From assembly GCA_963833985.1 (NCBI GenBank), contig CAWIAD010000002.1:5952001-6016000 (forward strand): DNA of 64,000 nucleotides. Reading direction: 5' to 3'. Position 1 is the first letter of the stretch. Each line of letters begins with the position of its first letter. Made by a program: the position numbers and the translations under genes. Of the stretch, positions 40,016-49,620 are shown piece after piece. The DNA comes from an uncultured Planctomycetaceae bacterium (lineage in GTDB: Bacteria > Planctomycetota > Planctomycetia > Isosphaerales > Isosphaeraceae). The notes beneath the pieces are model-generated. The model saw nothing but the letters and a program-made list of their open reading frames with translations. It did no database searches and was not told the origin of the DNA.

Positions 40016-43000
40016 ATGGTACGAACGCTCATTTCCTGGAGCTTGCACAACCGGTTCGTTGTCCTGCTGGGGACGATTGCGTTGGTGGCGTTCGGCCTGC
40101 ATGCCGCTTACAACCTGAACATCGAGGCATATCCCGACCCGACGCCGCCCCTGGTAGAGGTGATCACGCAGAACCCTGGCACCAGCCCCGAGGAGATGGA
40201 GCGGCTGATCGGCATCCCGATCGAGACGGCCCTCAACGGGATGCCGGGGCTGAAATACCTACGGAGTATTTCGCTCGCGGGGCTCAACGATGTCAAATGC
40301 ATCTTTGAGTACGGGACGGATTACTGGCAGGCACGGCAGGAGGTGATCAATCGCATCGGCATGGTGAGCACCCTGCCCCAGGGAGTCACGCCGACACTCT
40401 CGCCCTGGAGCCCCACCGGTGAGATCGTGCGTTACGTCCTGGAAGGTGACGGCTACACGCTGAACCAGCTCAAGGCGGTGCAGGACTGGGTGCTGGAGCG
40501 GCAGCTCCGCACCGTACCGGGGGTGATCGACGTCACCGGGTTCGGCGGCACGGTCAAGCAGTACCAGGTGCTGCTGGATACCCAGCTCATGAAGCGGTAC
40601 GACGTGACCTTGCAGATGGTCACCGACGCGATCACGCAATCCAACGCAAACGTGGGCGGCGACGTGCTTCCCCTGGGTGACCAGTCGCACAACGTCCGGG
40701 CGATCGGCTACCTGGGTGAAGGCATCGACTCGCTCGAACCCGGCAATGCCGGACGCGCATATGCGCTGGAGGTGGAGAAGCTCGAGGACATCCAGGACGT
40801 CGTGGTCACCACCTACCGGAACATGCCGGTCTACATCAAGCAAATTGCCCGCGTGGTGATCGGCTACCAGCCCCGGCTGGGCGTCGTGGGGCGCAACGAC
40901 CAGAACGATGTCGTGGAAGGCATCGTGCTGATGCGCAAGTACGAGAAATCGCTCCCCACATCCAACGCTGTCCAGAAGAAGATCGACGAGCTGAATGCCG
41001 GCGGTCTCTTGCCCAAGGGCATGAAGATCGAGCCGTTCAACCGGCGCACCGACCTGGTCTACGTCACCCGGCACAACGTGCTGCACAACATGCTGGTGGG
41101 AATGGGGCTGGTGATCCTCATCCTGTTCATCTTCCTGGGCGATATCACCAGCGCGGGGATCGTGGCGCTGATGATCCCGCTGGCCATCCTGTTCTCGGTC
41201 TCGGTGCTCTACCTCCAGGGGAAGTCCGCCAACCTGCTGTCCATCGGGGCGATCGACTTTGGAATCATCGTGGACAGCTCTGTGATCATCGTCGAGAACA
41301 TCTACCGGCACATCACCGCGCCCGACGCCGACCGCACGCGCCCCCTGGTCGACCGCATCATCGAAGCCTCGTACGAGATCGAGCGGGCCCTCTTCTTCTC
41401 GACGCTGATCATCGTCTGCGCCTTCATTCCGCTCTTCTCCATGACCGGTCCGGAAGGGGCGCTCTTTGGACCGATGGCGAACACTTACGCCTTTGCCATC
41501 TGCGGCGCGCTCATCCTGGCCGTGACGCTCACGCCGGTCCTCTGCTCCTTCCTCTTCGCCAACAAGAGCGAAGAGAAAGAAACGTTCATTGACCGGATCA
41601 TGAAGCTGCGGTACCTCGTGATGCTCGACAAGATCCTCCGGCACCGCTACCTGCTGCTGGCCAGCATGGGGTCGCTGCTGGCGTTCACAATCTGGTTGAT
41701 CCCCGGGCTGGGCGGCGAGTTCATGCCCCCGCTCGAGGAGGGGAACCTGTGGATCCGCGCGCTCCTGCCGCGCACCGTCACGCTTCAGGAGGCCGCGCGG
41801 ATGGCGCCCCGGCTCCGCGCCGTGATCGGCTCGATTCCCGAGATCAGGGCCGTGATGTCGCACGTCGGCCGGCCCGACGACGGCACCGACGTGACCAGTT
41901 ATTACAACCTGGAATTCAACGCCCCGCTCATTCCCATGGAGGAGTGGCGCAGGAAGCCGGTCAAGATCTTCGGCAAGGAGATCTGGCAGCGGACCATCAC
42001 GCGTGAGGAGATCCAGAATGAACTGATGAAAAAGTTTGAGATCTTCCCAGGCATCAATTTCAATTTCTCGCAGCTCATCCGCGACAACGTGGAGGAGGCG
42101 CTCTCCGGAGTCAAGGGAGCCAACTCGATCAAGCTCTTCGGCAACGACCTGAAGAAGCTGGAGGAAGCCGGACAGCGCGTGATCAATATCCTCAACACGG
42201 TTCCGGGTATCTCCAACGCCGGTCTCTTTCACATCATCGGTCAGCCCAACCTGGAGATCCAGATTGACCGCCATGAGTGCGCACGGTACGGCATCAACGT
42301 GTCGGACGTGGAGGCGGTGGTCCAGGTGGCGGTCGGCGGCAGGGCCTTCACGCAGATGATCGAGGGTGAGAAACGGTTCGACATTGTGCTCCGCTTGCCG
42401 AAACATCAGCGTGACGACCCGGAAGTCATCGAACGGATCACGGTGGACACTCCCGGCCAGGACGGCAAGCCGGGGGCGCGAGTACCGCTCCAGCAAGTGG
42501 CCAAGATTGACCCGCACAAGCCGGGAGCGGCGTACATCTATCGCGAGAACAACCGGCGCTACATTCCGATCAAGTTCAGCGTCCAGGGGCGTGACCTGGC
42601 CTCGACGATTGCCGAGGCCAGAAGGAAGGTGATGGACCCGGTGCACGGGGCCAAGCTGCCCGAGGGATACGACATCGACTGGTCGGGCGAGTTCCAGCAG
42701 ATGGAGGAGGCCAATGCGCGGTTGCTCTGGATCGTGCCGATCTCGATCGTGCTGATCATGGTGCTTCTGTACACGGCCTTCTCCTCGATCAAGGATTCGA
42801 TCCTGGTGATGGTCAATGTGCTGGAGGCGTCGATGGGGGGAATCCTGGCACTCTGGATCACGGGCACACCGTTTTCCATCTCGGCGGCTGTGGGGTTCGT
42901 GTCGGTCTTCGGCGTGGCCGTTCAGGATGGAGTGCTCTTGATCTCTTACTTCAACCAGTTGCGCGAAGCGGGCCTGCCGGTGCGCGAGTCGGTCATGCGG

Positions 43001-43366
43001 GGCGCCGAGCTGCGCGTCCGGCCGGTCGTCATGACCTCGCTGACGGCGGCCCTGGGCCTGTTTCCGGCCGCGATCGCCACGTCGATTGGCTCCCAGGCGC
43101 AGAGACCGCTGGGCATTGTGGTCGTGGGCGCGATGCTCTGCACGCTCTTCCTGACCCGTTACCTGATGCCCGTGCTCTACAGCTTCTTCCCGGCCCCCGC
43201 CGGCCATGGCGAGTGCAAGGCCGAGCTGATCCTCGGTTCGCATTACACCGACCGGTTCCTGCATCCCCAGCACTCTTCCGCTCATCCGGCCCATCCCTGG
43301 ACGGCCGGCGAAACGCCCGACCCCACCACTCCGGACAACGCCGACACGGGAGGACCCGGGACATGA
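40016..43366 (+). CDS. Heavy-metal efflux RND permease (CzcA/CusA family)
   Basis: LNIEAYPD, SANLLSIGAIDFGIIVDSSVIIVEN, GGEFMPPLEEG, GRPDDGTD, FGVAVQDG, RVRPVVMT, GSQAQRPL. Confidence 0.93.
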   Translation: MVRTLISWSLHNRFVVLLGTIALVAFGLHAAYNLNIEAYPDPTPPLVEVITQNPGTSPEEMERLIGIPIETALNGMPGLKYLRSISLAGLNDVKCIFEYGTDYWQARQEVINRIGMVSTLPQGVTPTLSPWSPTGEIVRYVLEGDGYTLNQLKAVQDWVLERQLRTVPGVIDVTGFGGTVKQYQVLLDTQLMKRYDVTLQMVTDAITQSNANVGGDVLPLGDQSHNVRAIGYLGEGIDSLEPGNAGRAYALEVEKLEDIQDVVVTTYRNMPVYIKQIARVVIGYQPRLGVVGRNDQNDVVEGIVLMRKYEKSLPTSNAVQKKIDELNAGGLLPKGMKIEPFNRRTDLVYVTRHNVLHNMLVGMGLVILILFIFLGDITSAGIVALMIPLAILFSVSVLYLQGKSANLLSIGAIDFGIIVDSSVIIVENIYRHITAPDADRTRPLVDRIIEASYEIERALFFSTLIIVCAFIPLFSMTGPEGALFGPMANTYAFAICGALILAVTLTPVLCSFLFANKSEEKETFIDRIMKLRYLVMLDKILRHRYLLLASMGSLLAFTIWLIPGLGGEFMPPLEEGNLWIRALLPRTVTLQEAARMAPRLRAVIGSIPEIRAVMSHVGRPDDGTDVTSYYNLEFNAPLIPMEEWRRKPVKIFGKEIWQRTITREEIQNELMKKFEIFPGINFNFSQLIRDNVEEALSGVKGANSIKLFGNDLKKLEEAGQRVINILNTVPGISNAGLFHIIGQPNLEIQIDRHECARYGINVSDVEAVVQVAVGGRAFTQMIEGEKRFDIVLRLPKHQRDDPEVIERITVDTPGQDGKPGARVPLQQVAKIDPHKPGAAYIYRENNRRYIPIKFSVQGRDLASTIAEARRKVMDPVHGAKLPEGYDIDWSGEFQQMEEANARLLWIVPISIVLIMVLLYTAFSSIKDSILVMVNVLEASMGGILALWITGTPFSISAAVGFVSVFGVAVQDGVLLISYFNQLREAGLPVRESVMRGAELRVRPVVMTSLTAALGLFPAAIATSIGSQAQRPLGIVVVGAMLCTLFLTRYLMPVLYSFFPAPAGHGECKAELILGSHYTDRFLHPQHSSAHPAHPWTAGETPDPTTPDNADTGGPGT

Positions 43367-44714
43367 AGATCTCCTGGAAGCTCATGCTCTTTCTTGCCGT
43401 GCTGGCCGGGATCGGCACCTGGCTGACCCTCGACGAGCGGACGCGCGCCCGCGTCGAGCGGGTCTGGCATAGGCTTGCCGTTTCCACTGTTCAGGCCGGC
43501 GAGCCTCAGACCAGCAAGCTCTGGACTCCGGATGCCTCGCCGGCTGCGCGCTGGAATCACAGGCTCAGCTTGACTCCCGAGCAAGTGCAGGGAATTGGAC
43601 TGAAGACTGCCATTGTGGAGAAGCAGACTCTCCCCATGCTCTTGCGGCTGAGCGGAACGACCGACTACGACCCCGCCAAGCTGACGGTCGTGCGCGCCCA
43701 GTTCGACAGCCGGGTGGAGGAGGTCCTTGTCGACCTGGGATCGGTCGTCAAGGTTGGCGACCCGCTGCTGGAGCTCTTCAGCACCGACCTGGCCGTGGCC
43801 AAGAACGACTACGAAACGGCCATCAGCCAGCACGCCCGCGACAAGAAGGTGCTCGAGAACAAGTCGCCGCTGGCCGAGACCAACGCGATTCCGCGCAAGG
43901 ACCTGATCGAGGCTCAGAACGACGAGGCCAAGAGCAACCTGCAAATGAAGCTCGCTCGTGACAAGCTCCTGGTCTTTGGCCTGACCGAGGCGGAGATCAA
44001 CGCGGTTCCCAAGGAAGACGGAGTGAAGAAGGCCAAGATGTTCCTCCGCGCCGGGCGCCGGGAATCGTCATCAAACGGACGGCCGTCCGCGGCAACTACT
44101 ATGACTCCAAGGATGAGCTGATGCAAATAGCGCCGCTGGAACGGCTCTGGGTCCGCGGTACCGTCAGCGAGCTTGACGCCGATAAGGTCAAGGAAGGGCA
44201 GAAGCTGAAAGTCGTCTTCCCTTACTCCGGTCGGACCATCGACGGCCAGGTCGAGTACGTGGACAAGGCGATTGACATGGACACACGCGCGGCCAAGTTC
44301 CGCGCCTCGATTCCCAATCCCGACGGCAAGCTCAAGGCGGCGATGTTCGTGCGCGTCCTGCTCGAAGTGCCACCTGAGCAAGGTCAGACGGTGATCCCGC
44401 GCGGCGCGATGGTCTCGGTCGACCGCGTCGATTATGTCTACGTCAAGGAGGCCGGCCCCGACAACAAGTTTGATCGCCGGCCCATTCTCGTCGCCAAGGA
44501 AAACAACGATTTCGTCCTTGTCGCTCCCCCCGCGCCAGGTATCAGAGAGCTGAAACCGGGCGAGGAGGTGGTCGCCACCGGCAGCCTCATCCTCGAGCAG
44601 ATGTACGAGGACCGGGTCATGCTGGAGGGCGAATTCCTCTCCACCCAGCCGGAACTCGACGAGAAGCTGGACCCGCTCAAGAGCCACAACGTCTCGATCT
44701 CGGTCGAGCACTGA
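43363..44714 (+). CDS. RND periplasmic adaptor (CzcB-like), frameshifted near 44050
   Basis: TM anchor; V.LGSVVKVGDPLLEL.S; second frame IAPLERLWV, PNPDGKLKAAMFVRV, LKPGEEVV..G. Confidence 0.85.
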
Positions 44715-44869
44715 TTTCTGCCGGGTGAGCCGACAAGACCCACTTCAGAAACGGCCCCGGATGGCCGATGAAGGACTGTACGGGTTATAGCAATCGCGCC
44801 GATTGCCCGGGCGAGCCGGACGCCGAGGCTGGCCGCAGCTTCCATCAGGCCAGGAAGGCTGTCGATGCA

Positions 44870-46486
44870 ATGATGGATCATGCGTTGCGACACAGTCGGC
44901 TTGCCAGCCTCCTCTTGCTGGGATCCTGGCTGCATGCGTTCGACTGCGATGCGCATGCACAGGGACCCGGAACCTCGCCGACGCCTTCCCAGATCGGGGG
45001 GTCGACTTCCGTCCTGGGAGGCGCACCAGGTGCCGGGGGCGGTAGCTACGGCAACCTACCCGGTGCCGGCGGCTTCTTGAGCAATCGCGCGGGCACGACG
45101 GCACCGAAGGGCATACCCACGGCCGTGGTCAACCCCGCGACGGCACCGTCCCCTACTATGCTACAGTCAGGCATCAGCGCACCGCAGCCCGAGCCTCTGT
45201 CCGGCTCCGCAGCCCCCTTCGTCGGACCGCTCGCGCTCCCCTCAGGCCCCGAGGATGACGGCCCCCCGGGCGGGCTGACGCTTGACCAGGCCATCGAGAT
45301 CACGCTTGAACGTAGCCGGGACCTTCGGGCCAAGTACTACGAGATCCCCCAGGCCAGGGCCGACGTCCTTCAGGCCAGCCTGCGCGCGAATCCCGTATTT
45401 TACCAGGATGGTCAGCTCGTCCCCTATCCGGGCTACCATTTCAACCGGTCAGTCACCGGCGGGCCCACGCAGTACGACACGAACGTGACGTTCCTTCTCG
45501 ACATCGCCCGCCAGCGCCAGGCCCGTACCGCGGTGGCCGAGCGTGCCGAGAAGGTGCTGGAGGCACAGTTCCAGGAGGCCGTCCGGCAGCGGATCGATGA
45601 TGTGTACGATGCCTACGTACTGGGTGCTCTGTCGGCGCGGCAGATCGTCCGCTACTCGCGCGTCAGTGTCCAGGGGACGCGGAGTCTCTTTCTCAAGTAC
45701 CAGGAGCTCTACAAGCGCGGCAGCGCTTCTCTGGGCGATCTGAACCGGATCAAGATCCAGTTCCGCACGGCCCAGCTTGGCCTTGCCGATGCGGAGACGG
45801 CCTACCGCAAGGCCAAGCTCGACCTCGGATCGCTTCTGAATCTGACCCGTGAAGAAGTCGATAAGATGGAGCTGCGCGGCACCATCTACGATACCCAGCC
45901 TGCGCCGCCTGCGGTGGAGGAGCTGCGGAGAATCGCGCTGGAATCGCGGCCCGACATCAACTCCTACCGGCTGGGCGTCGTCCGTGCCGAGGCCGATGTG
46001 CGGCTTGCCCGAGCCAATCGCTATGCGAACCCGTACCTTCTCTTCCAGCCCTACACCTACCAGGATAACGCACCCTACGGCCTCCGCAGTGCGGTCTCGT
46101 ATGCACTGGGAGTGACGGTCCCCTTGCCGATCTTCAACCGCAACCAGGGAGGCATCCAGCGCGCGGTGCTCAACGTCGCGCAAACCCAGATCGAGCTGTC
46201 CGACGTGGAGCGTCAGGCACTGGTGGACGTGGAGAAGGCGGTTCAGGAGTACCAGGTTTCGTTGCGCGAGGTCAACGAGCTCTCGCAGGATGTCATACCG
46301 GCGGCGAAACAGGTCCGCGACGAGGCCTTCCGGTTGCTCAATGCGGGTGAGAAAAGCGTTGTCGAGTTCATCGCCGCCCAGCAGGAGTTCAACCAGATCG
46401 CCAAGCAGTACCTCGACACGGCCATCCGCCATCGCCGCAGCATGGTGAACCTGAACACGGTCACCGGCAAACGAATATTGCCATGA
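44870..46486 (+). CDS. TolC-family outer-membrane efflux protein (CzcC-like)
   Basis: LTLDQAIE, ARAD..QA.LRANP, RPD......V.RAEA...LARA, VPLPIFNRNQG.I. Start approximate. Confidence 0.87.
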   Translation: MMDHALRHSRLASLLLLGSWLHAFDCDAHAQGPGTSPTPSQIGGSTSVLGGAPGAGGGSYGNLPGAGGFLSNRAGTTAPKGIPTAVVNPATAPSPTMLQSGISAPQPEPLSGSAAPFVGPLALPSGPEDDGPPGGLTLDQAIEITLERSRDLRAKYYEIPQARADVLQASLRANPVFYQDGQLVPYPGYHFNRSVTGGPTQYDTNVTFLLDIARQRQARTAVAERAEKVLEAQFQEAVRQRIDDVYDAYVLGALSARQIVRYSRVSVQGTRSLFLKYQELYKRGSASLGDLNRIKIQFRTAQLGLADAETAYRKAKLDLGSLLNLTREEVDKMELRGTIYDTQPAPPAVEELRRIALESRPDINSYRLGVVRAEADVRLARANRYANPYLLFQPYTYQDNAPYGLRSAVSYALGVTVPLPIFNRNQGGIQRAVLNVAQTQIELSDVERQALVDVEKAVQEYQVSLREVNELSQDVIPAAKQVRDEAFRLLNAGEKSVVEFIAAQQEFNQIAKQYLDTAIRHRRSMVNLNTVTGKRILP

Positions 46487-46602
46487 CCGTGGCAGGCAAG
46501 GGCAACTTGTCAAAGCCCCGGTGTCGCTTGTGCCGATGTTTCAGGAGGGTTGAGGGGCGGGGCCGCGGGACCGGTTGAATTGCCAGGCCGGGGGAGAGAT
46601 CG

Positions 46603-47427
46603 ATGCGACAACGCACCACACGCGGCTGCAAGCCGGCCCTCGAGGCGATGGAAGACCGCGCGCTGCTCTCCCTGGTCACCGACGTCCTGGCGGGAAACTA
46701 CAACGCCATGGTCCATTCGCCCAAGGTGCAAGCCCTGATGCGGGGCGTGACCAGCCCGGCACAGGCGCCGCCCGCATTCGGAGGAGGGGCTGCCACCAGC
46801 AGCTCTTCGAGCGGAAATGCCAGGTTCACCCCGACATCCCAGTCCATCGCCGTTCCTTCCAACCAGGGCTTCCAGGCACCCGCGAACCCAGGCTACAACC
46901 TGGTGATCCAGCCCACCGGCACCGCAACCCAGACGGAGGTCAAGAAGCAGCTCTTCAAGGCGGTCTACCGCGGGCCCTACGTGATCCAGCCGGGTAACTT
47001 CAGCAGCCAGGCCATGCTGGTGAACATCCGCGGCGCGGGAACCAACACCACGATGCTGCACAGCGATATCCAGCTCCGGCTGGCCGTGGCGACCGATCCC
47101 TCGCTCCAGACCACCGGAACTTCCGCGATCTTCGACCGCAATCTCAACTCCAACACGGTGCTCGGCCTCGACCTGGCCACTCCCCGCACCAGCGTCGATG
47201 CGGGCGGCAGGCCGAACGTGATCAACAGCGTGACGCTGGATGTGAACGCGAGCTCGGGCGTCTACGACGAGGGCTATGTTCAGGGAGTCATCGACATTCA
47301 CTACTATCCCTCGAGCAAGAAAATGCCCGGCGCCCTCGAGCAGGGGACCGCGGTCGTGAAGATCTATGCCCAGATCTACGCTCCGAACGTCGGATTCATT
47401 CTCCGCAACACGGATATCAACCCCTGA
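46603..47427 (+). CDS. Planctomycete extracellular protein with an LEPR-xLL-type N-terminal motif
   Basis: RTTRGCKPALEAMEDRALLS N-terminus; beta-rich body. Confidence 0.7.
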   Translation: MRQRTTRGCKPALEAMEDRALLSLVTDVLAGNYNAMVHSPKVQALMRGVTSPAQAPPAFGGGAATSSSSSGNARFTPTSQSIAVPSNQGFQAPANPGYNLVIQPTGTATQTEVKKQLFKAVYRGPYVIQPGNFSSQAMLVNIRGAGTNTTMLHSDIQLRLAVATDPSLQTTGTSAIFDRNLNSNTVLGLDLATPRTSVDAGGRPNVINSVTLDVNASSGVYDEGYVQGVIDIHYYPSSKKMPGALEQGTAVVKIYAQIYAPNVGFILRNTDINP

Positions 47428-47531
47428 CGTCCCAGCCCAGCCGGCATCTCCTGGCAGACGTCCAGATGCGCCGATTACAATGAAGTGACACCGCGGAGGT
47501 GCCCTCTGAGGCCGCATCGGGGAAAGTGCAT

Positions 47532-49547
47532 ATGCGACGAGCCATCCGCAACTTCATCCTGGCTGGATTCGCCCTGGTGGTCTGGGGAGGGTTGGAATGG
47601 GCGGCAGCCAGCGAACCGTCCGGTCCGTCTGAATCCAGGGTGCAGCCGCTAGCCTTGCAGCCGCTTCCGCTCGGTCAGATCAAACCCGCGGGCTGGCTGC
47701 ACGCGCAGCTGCGAACGCAGGCCGCCGGGCTCGGTGGTCATCTGGACGAGTTCTGGCCCGACATCAAGGACAGTGCCTGGATTGGTGGCAAGGCGGAGGG
47801 CTGGGAGCGCGTGCCCTACTGGCTTGACGGCGTCGTTCCGCTGGCCTACCTGCTGGAAGATCGAACGCTCCAGGCAAAGATCAAGCCGTTCATCGATTCC
47901 ATTCTGAACCGCCAGCATGCGGACGGCTGGCTGGGGCCGGTGGGCGACTCCGGGGGGCACAAGCCCTATGACGTCTGGCCGCTCTTTCCCTTGTTCAAGG
48001 CACTCATCCAGTATCAGGAGGCCACCGGAGATCCGCGCGTCATCCCCTCACTTTTGAAGTGCTGCAAGAAGATCGACCAGGTGATTGACCGCACGCCGCT
48101 CTATAGCTGGGCAAAGATGCGCGTGGCCGATCTCGCGGTCAGCCTCTACTGGCTGCATGCGAAGACCGGTGAAGGCTGGCTGCTGGACCTCGCCCGCAAG
48201 GCGTTCACTCAAAGTCATGACTGGCGGGCACAATGTGAGGACTTCAAGTTCACAGCCAGGTCGCAAGGCCACCTGGACCTGGACAACCACGGCGTGAACA
48301 ACGCCATGGCGCTCAAGTATGCCGCGCTGCGCTACCTGTTCACGGGCGGCACCGCCGACAAAACCGCCATCGGGTCAATGCTCGACCTGCTCGACCGGTA
48401 CCACGGACAGGCCACCGGTATCTTCACCTGCGACGAGCATCTCGCCGGTCGGAATCCGTCTCAGGGAACCGAGCTCTGCACCGTGGTCGAGGCCATGTTC
48501 TCGCTGGAATGGATGGCTGCCGTGAGCGGCAACGCCCGCATGGGCGACCGGCTTGAGAAGCTGGCCTACAATGCCTTACCCGCCACCTTCAAGAAAGATA
48601 TGACCGCGCACCAGTATGATCAGCAGTGCAATCAGGTTCTCTGCACCAGGCAGGGCGAGCACATCTATACGAGCAACAATGCCGACGCGAACCTGTACGG
48701 TCTGGAGCCAAACTTCGGCTGCTGCACGGCCAACTTTCACCAGGGCTGGCCGAAGTTCGCGTCGAGCCTGTGGATGAAGACCGCCGATGGAGGTCTCGCC
48801 GCGGTGGCCTACGCTCCTTGCACCGTGGAAACGACGCTCCAGGGCAAGCCGGTGAAGCTGGAAGTCACCACGGATTACCCGTTCCGCGACGTGATCCGGA
48901 TCGCCGTGACCGTGACCGAGCCGATGAGCTTTCCGCTCCACCTGCGCATCCCCGAGTGGTCTTCCGAGGCTGAGCTCGAGGCGCCATCGGGGGCGGTCGA
49001 TGTCGAGGGGGCCACCCCCGGCCCGGACGCGCCGGGGACCTTGAAGATCAAGCGGCCAGGCGCGTTTCTCAGGATCTCGGGAGGCTGGTCCGCGACCAGG
49101 AAGATCACGCTCCGCCTGCCGATGAACGCCCGCCTCTACCGGGGGTTCAACGACGCCGTGGCGATCGAGCGCGGTCCACTGGTCTACGCCTTGAAGGTCG
49201 GGACGCAGTGGAAGAAGCTCAAGGACAACCCGCAGTTTGCCGACTGGGAGGTCTCTCCAACCTCACCCTGGAGCTACGGGCTTGTGCTCGACCGCAACCG
49301 TCCGGAACGGTCCGTGCGATTCGAGGAACGGCCGGTTGGAGACCCTCCGTTTCAGGCCGAGTTCCCTGCCGATGTTGCAAGGGTCCAGGCAAGGCGACTC
49401 CCTGGCTGGAGCGTGGTCCGGGGAGCAGCAGCCCCGCCTCCGCCCAGCCCGTGCCGGAGCGACGAGCCGCTCGAGGAGCTGACGCTGGTTCCATACGGCT
49501 GCACCGATTTGCGAATCACCGAGTTCCCCACGCTCTCGCCTCGCTGA
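47532..49547 (+). CDS. GH127-family beta-L-arabinofuranosidase-like glycoside hydrolase
   Basis: Signal peptide; PLG.IKP.GWL..QL, WE..PYWLDG, HGVN, TELCTVVE, GCCTANFHQGWPK, LRIP.W, RGPLVY. Confidence 0.87.
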   Translation: MRRAIRNFILAGFALVVWGGLEWAAASEPSGPSESRVQPLALQPLPLGQIKPAGWLHAQLRTQAAGLGGHLDEFWPDIKDSAWIGGKAEGWERVPYWLDGVVPLAYLLEDRTLQAKIKPFIDSILNRQHADGWLGPVGDSGGHKPYDVWPLFPLFKALIQYQEATGDPRVIPSLLKCCKKIDQVIDRTPLYSWAKMRVADLAVSLYWLHAKTGEGWLLDLARKAFTQSHDWRAQCEDFKFTARSQGHLDLDNHGVNNAMALKYAALRYLFTGGTADKTAIGSMLDLLDRYHGQATGIFTCDEHLAGRNPSQGTELCTVVEAMFSLEWMAAVSGNARMGDRLEKLAYNALPATFKKDMTAHQYDQQCNQVLCTRQGEHIYTSNNADANLYGLEPNFGCCTANFHQGWPKFASSLWMKTADGGLAAVAYAPCTVETTLQGKPVKLEVTTDYPFRDVIRIAVTVTEPMSFPLHLRIPEWSSEAELEAPSGAVDVEGATPGPDAPGTLKIKRPGAFLRISGGWSATRKITLRLPMNARLYRGFNDAVAIERGPLVYALKVGTQWKKLKDNPQFADWEVSPTSPWSYGLVLDRNRPERSVRFEERPVGDPPFQAEFPADVARVQARRLPGWSVVRGAAAPPPPSPCRSDEPLEELTLVPYGCTDLRITEFPTLSPR

Positions 49548-49620
49548 CCATCGAGGACGACGGGCTCGTCACCGAGCACGCAGGCCAGGCCCGCCGCGGC
49601 TTCGATCCTCGAGCATCTCC

